64,000 nt of DNA from Octopus sinensis (GCF_006345805.1 NC_043000.1:5704001-5768000), one strand, 5' to 3'; shown: positions 1 through 12,205, counted from the first letter of the stretch. Numbers and translations are program-made. Notes: generated by a model from the sequence alone, not told the origin.

Positions 1-410
1 AGTTGTGAGAGTTTGATAAACGGTTGTATAACTGAAAAATAATGTGTAACAAAGAAAGGATATAGGGTATAATCACAGGTGCATAACAGTTTAGTAGTGG
101 GTTAAATATTTTGGCCTAGTGCTATAAAAATTGTTAACGGCAGTTTCGCCAAAGTATTAGTGGACCTGTAATAAATATAAAATATTGACCAATGTTCGGG
201 ATAATCATAACCTTATATTATTCATTATTAACACTGAGAAATTAAGGTGGCGAGCTGGCAGTATCGGGCGAATTACTTAGCAGTAATTCTTCTGCCAGTC
301 AGCAATGCGGTCGGTGGAAGTTTCACTTTCGAATTCTATCCAGAGTTAGTGGGAGGAAAGAACGAGTCGTGCTCAAGGAAAGGCTGGACATCCACAAAGA
401 TCAATTAGTT

Positions 411-1095
411 TAAGAGGGCGAGTTGGCAAAGTCGTTAGCACGTCGGGCAAGACGTTTATCGACAATTCGTCCGTCCTTTCGTTCTGAGTTCAAAATCCAC
501 CGAGGTTGTCTCAGCCTTTCATCCTTTAGCACGCCGGGCGAAATGCTTAGCCGTATTTCGTCTACCGTTACGTTCTGATTTCAAATTCCGCTGAGGTCAA
601 CTTTGCCTTTCATACTTTCAGAGTCGATAAATTACTCACTGGGGTCGATATAATCGACTTAATCCGTTTGTCTGTCCTTGTTTGTCCCCTCTGTGTTTAG
701 CCCCTTGTGGGTAGTAAAGAAATAGGTATTTCGTCTGTCGCTACGTTTTGAGTTCATATTTCGCCGAGGTCGACTTTGCCTTTCATCCTTTCGGGGTCGA
801 TTAAATAAGTACCAGTTACTCACTGGGGTCGATATAATCGACTTAATCCGTTTTTCTGTCCTTGTTTGTCGTCTCTGTGTTTAGCCCCTTGTGGGTAGTA
901 AAGAAATAGGTATTTCGTCTGCCGTTACGTTCTGAGTTCAAATCCCGCAGAGGTCGACTTTGCCTTTCATCCTTTCAGGGTCGATTAAATAAGTACCAAT
1001 TACGCACTGGGGTTGATGTAATCGACTTAATCCCTTTGTCTGTCCTTGTTTGTCGTCTCTGTGTTTAGCCTCTTGTGAGCAATAAAGAAATAAAA
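411..1095 (+). mobile_element. SINE family A composite: partial older head, then one head plus three tandem ~184-bp bodies; 11-bp TSD
   Basis: tRNA-like head (GGCGAGCTGGCAGA...GAGTTCAAATTCC); central GGTCGACTTTGCCTTTCATCCTTTCGGGGTCGAT domain; bodies restart at about 554, 727 and 911; ATCAATTAGTT at 400-410 and 1096-1106. Confidence 0.85.
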
Positions 1096-1106
1096 ATCAA
1101 TTAGTT

Positions 1107-1260
1107 GGTCTTTTCCGGAAGCCCTTTGGAGTGACTTTGCTGCCCATCTTTTCAAAATCGATAAAATAAGGACCAGATGAACCCTGTGATCCCTGTAACC
1201 GATTAACCCCTTCCCTCTAAGATTCCTGGTTTTGTTCCAAAATTTGAAACAATTATTATT
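1107..1260 (+). mobile_element. Decayed 3' part of an older A-related SINE
   Basis: GACTTTGC...TCGATAAAATAAG.ACCAG...CCAAAATTTGAAACAATTATT resembles the tails at 3245-3408 and 41066-41285; matching head remnant at about 245-300. Confidence 0.55.
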
Positions 1261-1261
1261 A

Positions 1262-1305
1262 CTGTTGTTGTTACCGCTGAGGTGTTGTTGCTGTTGCTAT
1301 TTTGT

Positions 1306-1339
<34 letters not shown>

Positions 1340-1407
1340 GTTGTTGTGTTGTTGTTGTTGTTGTTGTTGTTGTGGATGTTGTTGTTGTTCTTGTTGTTGT
1401 TGTTGTT
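1262..1407. repeat. (GTT)n microsatellite
   Basis: Direct reading. Confidence 0.95.
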
Positions 1408-2041
1408 ATCTCGATGCCAACCATCATTGACAAAATAACAGCGGCTAAATTTAGATATCTACGAAGTTTCAGTCAAGATATTGGCAACAGTTAGATCCGC
1501 TACTTGATATTCATATATATATATATATATAAATATATATTATGCTAAGGGAGAAAATATGGAAATATAAATAACTTGTAATAGGTTGAGGAAAATCGAC
1601 GGCATGATGAAAGAATATAGCGTTGATGAAAGATACGGTAAACTAGAACTGTAAAAGAAAAAATATATACATTATTGTAGAACGAAGCAGTTAAGATTGC
1701 ACCGGTATAAAACACATGCTTACAATCTCTGATTTCAATAAGGCACTGACGTCAGCGATTGAAATAAGAGCTTAAGCGAGTCATTCCTCGCCGCCATTAC
1801 GTTTACGTATACATGCACACACACAAACGCACACAAATACACACATATACACAAACACATGCGCGTGCATACACCTATACGTATATGTATGTGTGTATGC
1901 ATATATCAATGTATATATATATGAATTTGTGTGTGTATGTATATATATATATATATGTACATTCATATATACACGCGTGCGGATATATACATACATGCAT
2001 ACATACATAACACGTTCCGGTTGGTGATTTCAGTTATCCTA

Positions 2042-2178
2042 AATACCTATTTCTTTACTACCCACAAGGGGCTAAACACAGAGAGGATAGACAAACGGAT
2101 TAAGTCGATTATATCGACCCCAGTGCGAAACTGGTACTTTATTTATCGACCCCGAAAGGATGAAAGGCAAAGTTGACC
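2042..2178 (-). mobile_element. SINE A, 5'-truncated
   Basis: Reverse complement of the A body and tail, ending AAAGAAATAGGTATTT. Confidence 0.85.
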
Positions 2179-2490
2179 ATTGCAAACAGCCGTAGAATTT
2201 TAAACGCAGTCTTTTATTTACTTAGCTTTTGTTTTCTTGTTTCTATTATTTTCACATATGCTGTGTTTTGCTTGATTTTATATTTGTCCGTTTGTTTGTT
2301 TGTTTGTTTGTTTTATCATGTTAAGTTTGAATATTATCATGGTTGAATTTAGATTCCGATCTTCTATGGTTGATGTTAAAATTGACGCAATAGACTGGTA
2401 TAGTTCTCTTATGAGTGTCTACAAACAGCGGGTTCAGAACTATTCTTTTTCTTTTATCGTTTTACTTGTTTCAATCACTGGTTCGTGGCC

Positions 2491-2722
2491 AAGGCGGCGA
2501 GCTGGCAGAAACGTTAGCATGCCGGACGAAATGCGTAGCCGTATTTCGTCTGCCGTTACGTTCAGAGTTCAAATTCCGCCGAAGTCAACTTTGCCTTTCA
2601 TCCTTTCGGGGTCGATTAAATAAGTACCAGTTACGCACTGGGGTCGATATAATCGACTTGATCCGTTTGTCTGTCCTTGTTTGTCCCCTCTGTGTTTAGC
2701 CCCTTGTGGGTAGTAATGAAAT
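2491..2722 (+). mobile_element. SINE A, full length, nested in a reverse SINE B tail remnant
   Basis: AAGGCGGCGAGCTGGCAGAAACG...GTGGGTAGTAATGAAATA; flanks resemble TTTTACTTGTTTCA...GGCC and CATGCTGGAGCA. Confidence 0.9.
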
Positions 2723-2934
2723 ACATACTATAGCAGTATCTTGAAGAATATAGTCAGGCAAATCTAACCTCCACCCATCAGTAGTAAATCTAATCTCCAC
2801 CATTTCGCTTAAATCTGGCGGTTATTGTTAAACATTTTTTGTCGAATCATTAAGTTAATGGGACTTGAACAACACTACAGAAGCGCGCTCATACGCACAC
2901 ATACACACACACAGACACACACATGCACACATAC

Positions 2935-3100
2935 ACGTATACGACCGGCTTCAACAAAGTTTTCGTCCACCAAATTCATTCACAAGGAATTGATCAGACC
3001 GAGGTTATAAAGGAAGACAGTTGCTCAAGGTGCTGCGCTGCGAAACTGAACTCGTAACCACGTGGTTGCGAAGCGAATTTGTTCACCCCACAGTTACGTC
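2935..3100 (-). mobile_element. SINE B head fragment
   Basis: Similar to the reverse complement of 18911-19075. Confidence 0.7.
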
Positions 3101-3244
3101 TGATCCAATTTAAATATTTGTATATGGAACATAATAATCAGAGTTTGTTATACAAATACAGACTTGATGACGGCGGACTTTATAGAATGTATTCTTATTG
3201 GTTTGCATACGCTCAGTTATAATTTTAATATTGAGCATTCCTCA

Positions 3245-3408
3245 CATCCGGCTTTACGTTCTGGGTTCAAATTCCGCCGAGGTCGATTTTGTCTTTCATC
3301 CTTTTGAGGTCGATAAAATAAGTACTATTTCAGCACTGGGGCCGATGTAATCGACCTTATCTCCTCCCCGAAGTTGCTGACCATGAGCCAAAATTTGAAA
3401 TCAATTTT
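3245..3408 (+). mobile_element. SINE A variant with alternative tail
   Basis: GTTCAAATTCCGCCGAGGTCGA...CAAAATTTGAAATCAATT. Confidence 0.8.
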
Positions 3409-3579
3409 GAGTGTTCTTTCTAAAAGAAAACCTTTAGCAATTCTCCCGTGTCATGAAGGCACCGACATAACCGAGTAATTTCTACCAACATTATAATTGC
3501 TTCCAATTTAACACCACAGAAAGCTTATCTTTTTAAGACTTAAATCTGGTTCATTTCTCAACTCACTCGTTAATAATAG

Positions 3580-3915
3580 TGAAGGCGCATGGCTCAGTGG
3601 CCAGAACGTCGGGCTCACAATCACGAGGTAGTGAGGTCGATTCCCGGTCCGAGCTGTGTGTGTTGTGTTCTTGAGAAAAACACTTTATTTCATGTTGCTC
3701 CAGTTCACTCGGCTGTAGAAATGAGTTGCGATGTCACTGGCGCCAGGTTGTATTGGTCTTTGCCTTTCCTTTGGATAACATCGATGACATGGAGAGGCGG
3801 GGCTGGTATTTATGGGCGACTGCTGGTCTTTCATAAACAATTTTGCCCGGACTTAGCCTTGGAGGGTAACTTTCTAGACGCAATACCATTATCATTCATA
3901 ACCGAAGGGAGTCTT
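3580..3915 (+). mobile_element. SINE family D
   Basis: A box TGGCTCAGTGG, B-box-like GTCGATTCCC; body matches 47900-48224. Confidence 0.85.
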
Positions 3916-4169
3916 TGCGCTTTAGCCACTGATAATATCGGATGACCTCTGATTAAAGCTTGAGGCCTCAGAAATGAGATAAGAGAGAATTCATATATTT
4001 ATTTTAACATATATCTCCGATATTGATTTACCAATATACTTTGTATGAAGAAATCGATATTATGTTCATGTTTATTTACATATTGCGCTTTGTCCTTTGT
4101 TTCCGACAACAGAGACAAGATATATCAGCCGAGCTGAGGCTGTATTTTGAAAGATATTTTTATTTTTGA

Positions 4170-4201
4170 TACATACATATATACATATATACATACATAC
4201 A

Positions 4202-4232
<31 letters not shown>

Positions 4233-4263
4233 CCATTTACATATATATATATATATGTATGTA

Positions 4264-4304
<41 letters not shown>

Positions 4305-4401
4305 GTATATATGTATATATATGTATATATATGTATATATATGTATATATATATACATATATATATAGATATATATGTATCTATCTATCTATCTATATCG
4401 G

Positions 4402-4437
<36 letters not shown>

Positions 4438-4568
4438 CACACACACACATACATATATGCATATACGTATACATATGCATTTGTATATTAACACACGCAT
4501 ATATATCCATATATACATACATTTATACAGACATTCACATATGCATCTATGTGCGTGTGTGTGTGTGC

Positions 4569-4623
<55 letters not shown>

Positions 4624-4624
4624 C

Positions 4625-4672
<48 letters not shown>
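4170..4672. repeat. Compound (ATAC)n/(AT)n/(GT)n microsatellite
   Basis: Direct reading. Confidence 0.95.
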
Positions 4673-4677
<5 letters not shown>

Positions 4678-5271
4678 AATCCTGTCGTTATTGTCTTTGC
4701 TTTATATTCCTCTAGGCTCATTCGACTATACTATTCCAATACAAATGTTTGCCATTCTATTGGTTAGACATTAATGCTTATGTAGGAGCGTGTCTTTGTA
4801 AATATATATGTGTGTGCGTGTGTGTGAACGTGTGTAAGTATGTGTGTATGTATGTGTGCGCGCGTATTTTTCCGTCAATGAACATTATGTGACTCCATTA
4901 TAATCCAAAATTGATATCAATTCAAAGTACCAGACATTTATGAAAAAGACGCTGTTAGGTTTCGGTAGACATGAAGTCAAAGTTAAAAGAAAAAACAAAA
5001 GACGATGGCGGAAGATACACTCACTGACTGCCAAGAAGGAAAACACGTCAGCTATAAGTCATTTGTAAAAAAAAAAAGATATTCTGGACGAATGCTACTA
5101 CTAAGATTATGATCTGGCTGCAAGATGGCAGAATGTCAGAATGTATGATTGTAAACAGTAACATGTTCTCAAGAAAACAACTGCTTTGAAACATTGTTGG
5201 CATAATTGAAGTTTACCAAATCAAAGTGTAGTGAAAGTTGTTTTGGTTGAACGAACAAAAGCATGTGACCA

Positions 5272-5372
5272 CACACTCACTCATTCACTCCCTCACTCAT
5301 TCACTCCCTCACTCATTCACTCATTCACTCCCTCACTCATTCACTCCCTCACTCATTCACTCCCTCACTCAT
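5272..5372. repeat. Minisatellite of CTCA/TTCA/CTCC units (about 12-16 bp period)
   Basis: Repeated CACTCATTCACTCCCT. Confidence 0.85.
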
Positions 5373-6358
5373 TTATTCTTCCAATCATCCACATCATTTG
5401 TGTCTTCCTTTTCATTCTCCTTTCAGTGATGATAATGCGAATGTTACTCGTTTTCTCTTGTAGTTTTGAAGTTTTCTATCTGTTAGATATTATCCTGGAA
5501 CCTTTGTCATTGAATCCACGCACGGAGAAACTGAGATCGGAATGGATTCCTTTGCATAATTGGTTTATTGTAAGAAAAGCTGTTATCGGTTATTTTTCTT
5601 TGTTGCACTTATATATCGTTCTTTTAGATCTAATGAAATTGTATTGATACCTGATTTTACAAGCAATCATTCGATCCGAAGAATAAATATATTGAAGATC
5701 CATCTAGAAGTACCGTATGCTATTATATAAAAGATACGATGAAAAAGAATGCGAAAAATAGTAGAATGTAAAAATACAAAAGAATCATATAAATTGGAAC
5801 TAGAAGAGCAACAGGCAAACCAATAAATTATGGAATTAACGGATAATGTTAGTCTGTCATATAATCTAAACTGATTTCTCTAAAAGTTAAAAGTATTGCC
5901 ATCTCTTGTAAGAGCCTCGGATGTTCTGGGCCAGAGGATTTATTGCAAACTGAGAAGGAAAATAAGCTAAATCGATGATTGAAAGATTGGGAAGTCATTT
6001 AAAACATAATCGGTAGGAGTAAAGCGAACATTATTGCCTGGAATATGGCCGATGTGTAAGGGTGGGGATAGACTAAGCATTATCGCCTGAAATGTATGTT
6101 TTATGTACGGGTGGAGAAAACAAAAACGCACGGAATTGTATGAGGTTGGAAGTGGTTTTTAACGATCTTCTCTCTCTGGAATGCAGTTGTTTCAGATATT
6201 GTTGTTCGTCGTCGTTGCTGTTATTGTTTAACCCTAGGTTGGCTCAGGCCTATGGTCAAAGGTATTCCAGTAATTACCTCACATTTGTTATTCAGGTAAT
6301 GTCTATCTAGGGCTACATTATTTAACGAGTCTTTCATATTTATGATCCCTTTGCCTCT

Positions 6359-6604
6359 TGTTATATCCTCATGGATAAACGAAACAACTGCAACAGAGTA
6401 ATAGCAATATAACTGAAACAAACGGCAGTAACCACACAGAACGAAACAACAATCTTTTAGGAAGCAACAATCACATACGCAACTCGAACAGTAAGCTTTG
6501 AACTATCAACGCATGACGAACTACCTCACTTACTCAGACCATTATTATTTATATGCAGTGGTCCAGTCCATTCTCGCCAAGGGGCGTCGTACTCTCGCAC
6601 AACA
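6359..6604 (-). repeat. 3' LTR
   Basis: Aligns with 9544-10058 once the SINE insert is removed. Confidence 0.9.
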
Positions 6605-6671
6605 TTTCCCATTTTGAGATTTCGTGTTACAAAGGAATTAAGAAGTGATATGTATATATAATAATATGAGG

Positions 6672-6748
6672 ATTTCACTGACGATCTGCAGATAAATTGT
6701 GTAAGTAAAATTACGTAATTTATTAACAGTGAAACAATTGTTTGGGAT
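6672..6748 (+). ncRNA. Hammerhead ribozyme candidate (type I, long stem II)
   Basis: ATTTCA-CTGACGA-[stem II incl. ATAAATTGTGTAA/TTACGTAATTTAT]-GAAAC-AATT-GTT-TGGGAT; stem I ATTTCA/TGGGAT; palindromic ACAATTGT. Confidence 0.7.
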
Positions 6749-6892
6749 TAATCTATATTTTTGTTATTTTTCATTTGTCTTGCTCGCTTACGCTTCTGCT
6801 GTGCTAAATTTTCTGGAGAACAATTCTTAGTGGTTGAGACCTATGTGGATCTCTTTCAAGCGTAAGGGCTTCCACATAGTGGTTCCCACTTA

Positions 6893-6960
<68 letters not shown>

Positions 6961-6982
6961 TTATTTATTTTATAGAAGGAGC

Positions 6983-7027
6983 TTCTACAGGACTAGAACT
7001 GTTTCATTCAAAAGAAATCATCAGAAA
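6983..7027 (-). ncRNA. Hammerhead ribozyme candidate in a fold-back
   Basis: Minus strand: TTT-CTGATGA-TTTC-TTTT-GAAT-GAAA-CAG-TTCTAGTC-CTG-TA-GAA. Confidence 0.6.
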
Positions 7028-7147
7028 TCATCTTTTGAATGAAACATTCTAGTCCTATAGAAGCTCCTTCTATAAAATAAATTAATTTACTCTGCTATGT
7101 ATTGAGTACCTTATTTACTGTGGTTAACCCCGACTCAACCCGGGACC

Positions 7148-7200
<53 letters not shown>

Positions 7201-7299
7201 TTTCTTTCGCTGGGGCATTATCTCAAGGTGTTCGGTCTGCTTTCTTTTTCTCATGATGGTCCTACGGGACTCTGTTACTTTTGGTACTGATACATCGAA

Positions 7300-8120
7300 T
7301 ATTTCACAAAATTCTTCCATGGGAATTTCTTCCTGATCTTGGTTATGCCCCTTCCTTGGTTGGTTTATACGTCTCTTATGTTCACCGTGTGACCCTCTAC
7401 ATCATACTTCCAATTTTTCTGATTTTCATATTTCCTTTACTCCTTTCTTTCTGTAGTAATATCTTATTAAAAATATATTTTATTCTTCTTGCGAACATCA
7501 ATTCTGCGAGAGACTTCCTTGAATTTATACTTGGACTGGGGGTCAATGTGGATATTTTAAAGAAATTTGTCAGTGCTTCGTTTTTACTTAATTCATTCTT
7601 CGCTTTTCTCAACGCTCTTTTAAAGGTGTCCACAAATCTTTCTACCTACCCGTTTGACTTCGGGTGGTAGTGTAGAGAGAAAATATGCTTTATCACAGGC
7701 TCTTACAGAAGTTCTTAAATTCATACCCAGAGAACTGCATGTCAGGAACACCGTATCGCGCAAACAATTCGTATAAGAACTTTATAGTTGTCTTGGAGGT
7801 TGGTCTATAGTACCTACAAACCTCCGACCACATAGTACAGCTATCTACTACGATTAGATAGCAAATGTCGTTTACCGGTCCGGCATAGTCAATGTGTAAC
7901 CTAGACCATGGGTTTTCCGTCTCTGGCCACGATTGATATTTTACCGGCTAGGCTTTGACCACGAGCGCGCAACCTCGGTAAGTTTTCGATATCTTGCTTC
8001 ATTGACGGCTAATATACATAATTCCTCATCAGAGCCTTCTCCTTAGCCATTCTTGGATATCCGCTGTGAAATTGTTGCAATACACCTTTTAGTAATGTAG
8101 TTGGAACCACCACATTGAAA
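7300..8120 (-). pseudogene. Gypsy integrase remnant
   Basis: PWSRLHIDYAGP, LIVVDS, ELFARYGVPD, YHPKSNG*VERFVDTFKRAL; stops and frameshifts. Confidence 0.88.
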
Positions 8121-8134
8121 GCACCACATTGAAA

Positions 8135-8620
8135 CATTTACGGTTTCAATCGCTGCAAACGGTACTTTTCTGCTTGCTTTAAATACAGGTACAGCGTTTT
8201 CACTTACTTGGAAATAGGCTTCCGTCTTTTTAAATCCTCTGATCATACTTGTGAGAACAGTTTTTTTCAGTTCTTTGTTCAGTTCTTCCGAAGACTTGTT
8301 TTTAACGGGACAACCATTCATGTTATTGCAGCAAAGATTTATGGGGAGGTACCATAAATCGAATAGTTCTAACCAATCTGTACCAAACAGATTGATTGTA
8401 TTATCCACATCAAATAATTTTGCTTCGCGTGTCTCTCCTCGAAATGTGACGCTGATATATGTTTTGCCCATGAAATGTAATTTATCGCCAGTTATACCAC
8501 GCGCTATTTTCGCTGTTTTACTTAATCTCGGCTTACCAATTTTTTTCCAAGTATCCGCACTTATAATCGAGATGTCACTACCTGTGTCTTGTTCTACAGT
8601 GAGAACTGTGTCCTAGCTTC
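8135..8620 (-). pseudogene. Gypsy aspartic protease and pre-RT linker remnant
   Basis: DTGSDISII at about 8590-8562; NLFGTDW; PVFKASRKVPFAA. Confidence 0.85.
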
Positions 8621-8720
8621 TGACAATTATAGCACTTTTCGTTTTTAAACGGACAATCCCTTTTGTAGTGTAGGCCTCCACAACCATAACACGGATTGGG
8701 GCCTGACACTTATTTTTTTA

Positions 8721-9488
8721 TTATGCTTCCCGGGACGACACATTTGAATTTTTGCAGTCTTTATCTTGTATTTTTTTCACATCATGTTTAAGATTTACCA
8801 TAGTCTGACATTCTTCTGCGATGGTCCATAGAAATAAATCTTGGTTCGCTTGCTCCATTTTCAAGAGAATACTTGCCCGAATTTCTCTATCTTCAGGTCT
8901 TTGCAAGATGTCCTTGCCATAAGTCCTTGAACGAAGATACATGGTTTGAACATACCCTGTGTGAAATTCTGGACTTTGAAATTTTCGCACATACGGTTGA
9001 CTACTCCGGCGTAGGTGATAAAATCTTCCTCTTCATTTTTTTGTTAAGTTCCAACACTCCATTCTGGTGTTGAATAATGAACTTCTATCACAAATTTTTT
9101 TTGAAAGTAGTTCCTCGGTTTCTTGGAAACCAATCTCGGTCGAAATTTTGAGCAGAATAATGTTACAGTAACGCTCATGTTCGATAGGAGCTACCTTGCG
9201 TAGTAAAAGCCTTATTTTCTGCTCCTCCGACCATGACTTGTACTCGTTAAAAATTTCCTCGTATCTTCCATAATACGCGGGACACGTAATACCCTTCTCC
9301 GGATTATAAGTAAATTCAGAAGTTGCGTTGGCCACGCCTTTTGGCGTAAACGAGCTTAATGGATTTTCAGACTTCGCCGACTGTAACTCAATTAATTGTT
9401 ATTGTTGTTGTACTTGTTTTTGCAGCTCTTATAGTTGTTCCTGCTGTTTTTCTTGAAGCTGTACTACTGCGGCTAATAGGTTTTCCAT
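8721..9488 (-). pseudogene. Gypsy gag remnant
   Basis: MENLLAAVVQLQEKQQ...SEFTYNPEKG...YGRYEEIF...WSEEQKIRLLLRK...SLFNTR, typical of Mag/K02A2.6-like gag. Confidence 0.8.
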
Positions 9489-9543
9489 GATTCAGAAATT
9501 TTCAAATAATCAATATGAGTTTCGAACGATCCTCGTCGCCAGA

Positions 9544-10058
9544 AGTTATATCTTCATGGATAAACGAATACACTGCAACAGAGTAATAGCAATGTAATTG
9601 AAACAAACGGCAGTAACCACACGTAACGAAACAACAATCTTTTGAGAACCAGCAATCCAACACGCTTAACTCAAACTGTAAACTTTGAATTCCAACTTCG
9701 AACTATCAACACACGAACAAGACGGCGAGCTGGTAGAAACGTTAGTGCTCCGGGCGAAATGCTTTGCGGTATTTCGTCTGCCGTTACGTTCTGAGTTCAA
9801 ATTCCGCCGAGGTCGACTTTGCCTTTCATCCTTTCGGGGTCGATAACGTAAGTACCAGTTTCGTACTGGGGTCTATGTAATCGACTTAATCCCTTTGTCT
9901 GTCCTTGTTTGTCCCCTCTATGTCTAGCCCCTTGTGGGCAGTAAACAAATATATCAACACACGAACTGTTAAACTAGCACGAACTACTCAGACCGCTACT
10001 ATCTATATGTAAAGGTCCTGTCCATTGTCGCCAGGGGGCGTCGTACTCTCACACCGCA
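9544..10058 (-). repeat. 5' LTR interrupted by SINE A
   Basis: Homologous to 6359-6604; adjacent to the PBS. Confidence 0.9.
9719..9951 (+). mobile_element. SINE A, full length, 15-bp TSD
   Basis: TATCAACACACGAAC at 9704-9718 and 9952-9966. Confidence 0.93.
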
Positions 10059-10804
10059 CCTCTTTTTTCCCCTTTCCCTCTTCACTTGGACTCCACCTTG
10101 GTTCGACTTTGCTCAATGCTTTTGCTCTCATCTCTTACTCAGACCTTTCTTAACATCTGTTTCACACCTGATTCAGATCATCTCTCTCTCTCTTGTCTTC
10201 CACTCTTTACTCACGACAAAATATCCTATGAATAATATTTGTTTTGGAACTCTACTCTACGTGTCCACATTCTTTCTCATGTTCCTTCATTTTCCGTTCC
10301 CCATTTCCGCTTCACAACTTTCTCCTTCTGCTCGACCTAAGGCATTAGGCATCTTCTCCCTTTCTTCTCTAATTTTAACTCCATTCCTACTTCATTGACC
10401 TCGTACTACAGACTTTTAACACTCACACCACTTTCTATATTGCTCCTTCATTTTCTTCATTTTCTAGCTTCCAACCAAAGTGTCAACACTTTTCTCCTGC
10501 TACATATTCGGACTAATATTCTCATCTTGGCTGTTATACTCACAACGTTTCGACCATTGAGAACTTTAGACCGAAATTCAAACATTTTATCTCTCTTGTC
10601 ATCGTTTTCAAACGTACAGCAAAGGCTCGAAACTTCAAATTATTCACTACCCATAACAAAAAAACATGCCGGCATTGTAAAGTGTTGACTAAAATACTTA
10701 ATGTGGTGGACTAAAAAGAATGCTAAATCGATTGAACTTTTATCATAATTGGGAGAAACATTTTTAATGGTTCTTGTCATTCTGTAATTTATATTGATTA
10801 AATA

Positions 10805-11020
10805 TTGATTTTAAATTTTTACACAAAGCCAGCAAGTTGGGTGGAAGGGATAAGTCGATTATACTGACTCCAGTGCTTAAATGATACTTATTTTATCGAC
10901 CCCTAAAGGATAAAAGACAAAGTTAACCTCGGCGGAATTTGAACTCAGACCGGAAAGACGGACGAAATGCCACTAAAGCATTTCACTCGGTGTTCTAACA
11001 ATTCTACCAGTTCGTCGCCT
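10805..11020 (-). mobile_element. SINE A variant
   Basis: CCTCGGCGGAATTTGAACTCAG...CCAGTTCGTCGCCT. Confidence 0.8.
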
Positions 11021-11579
11021 TGCATTGAGTGAACATTAAATTTACACATACAGTGGAGAGTGAGTCTAATTTTTATGTCAGTATCCTTACTCCTCCGGTA
11101 CGTTTTGGTATTATTAGGATTTTGTCGGAAGTATTGTCTTGCATGTAGTTGGCAGAGAACGAATGGCATCCAGGTTTATTTTTAATTAATCGACATTTCC
11201 TCACGACCAACGTAACTTTGACCATGTCGAGGTGACTAAAGTAGAGTGTCACTAACCAGTTTCACCTTGTTTTAACAGTGTCCAGCAAAGTGAACCCATT
11301 TTTTTTTATCTATGATGGTGTTTGATATTTTAGGATGCTTACTAATTTAATCGCTCCTTAATAGTGCATTTTCCTAGATATGTTCGAAATGGCACAAAAC
11401 ACGCGCACTTAAACGCTATCCAGCATCGTTTCAAAGTTTCTAGTTATTGTGCATGTTTTTTGTCTTTTTTTTATTCTTGACCTCTAGGATTCAAAATGCC
11501 GGTTACCCGGTTTCCATGGCGTATAAGTGATCGAGATCAAATATTCTTCTGAATGGGACACCGGTTCGTTGCACGGTTC

Positions 11580-11772
11580 AAAGCCAGCAATCTTAAAGGG
11601 AGAAGACAAGCCGATGACGTCGACCGCAGTACTTGACTTGTGCTTTATTTCATTGACTCCGAACGTATGAAAGGGAAAATAGGCATCGGCAGGATTTCAA
11701 CCTAGTAAAGAGCCGAGAAAATGCCGCTAAGCATTTTACACCATGTGCTAGCGATTCTGCCTGCTCGACGCT
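11580..11772 (-). mobile_element. Old SINE A variant
   Basis: ATGCCGCTAAGCATTTT...GATTCTGCCTGCTCG, diverged. Confidence 0.6.
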
Positions 11773-11889
11773 TTAGTGTGGATGTAGAAGAGCCGTAAAG
11801 ATACATAAGAGCCAGCCGTCCCCCGCGGACGAATATGGCTTTGTAACATGTACCACGCTTCCGCTAATTAATCAATATGCTTTTGTATT

Positions 11890-12205
11890 CACGAGCAGAT
11901 ACAGGCGCTCTCTCGACTCTCTCTTCTTTTGACCCAGTGGAGGCATCCAGAATCTGACAGACGGACGAGAGAGAGGGGGAGGGAGAGAGGGAGAGTGATA
12001 GGGAGGAAGGGAGGGAGGGAGGGAGAGAGAGAGAAGGAGAGAGAGAGAATTGCGTCCGCACTCGGACTTTTGTTTTTAGCTAAGTAGACTGTGAAATGAA
12101 CTGTCTTCCTCAAGGACACCACGCACGGTCCCGTCCAGGAATTGAATCCACGACATTACGTGAGCCTCCCGAACACCATAAGCATTTGACCAAGCACCTT
12201 CATTC
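11890..12205 (-). mobile_element. SINE G (tRNA head, CT tract, tail), copy 1
   Basis: Head at 12080-12205; GA tract; tail matches the reverse complement of 12585-12652. Confidence 0.55.

Larger units (their letters stand above)
6359..10058 (-). mobile_element. Ty3/gypsy LTR retrotransposon (Mag-like), degenerate, RT/RNaseH deleted
   Basis: Two LTRs (6359-6604, 9544-10058); outer ends TG...CA; 5-bp TSD CCTCT at 6354-6358 and 10059-10063; PBS TGGCGACGAGGA at 9530-9541 (minus); purine tract at 6605-6618 (minus); gag, protease and integrase remnants. Confidence 0.92.

Noticed and set aside
411-1095. CRISPR-like array or retrozyme reading of the 184-bp tandem
   Set aside because: No unique spacers, eukaryotic context, and no hammerhead core found in the unit on either strand.
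11050-11460. Possible DNA transposon starting TACAGTGG
   Set aside because: No matching second TIR or transposase motif could be found.
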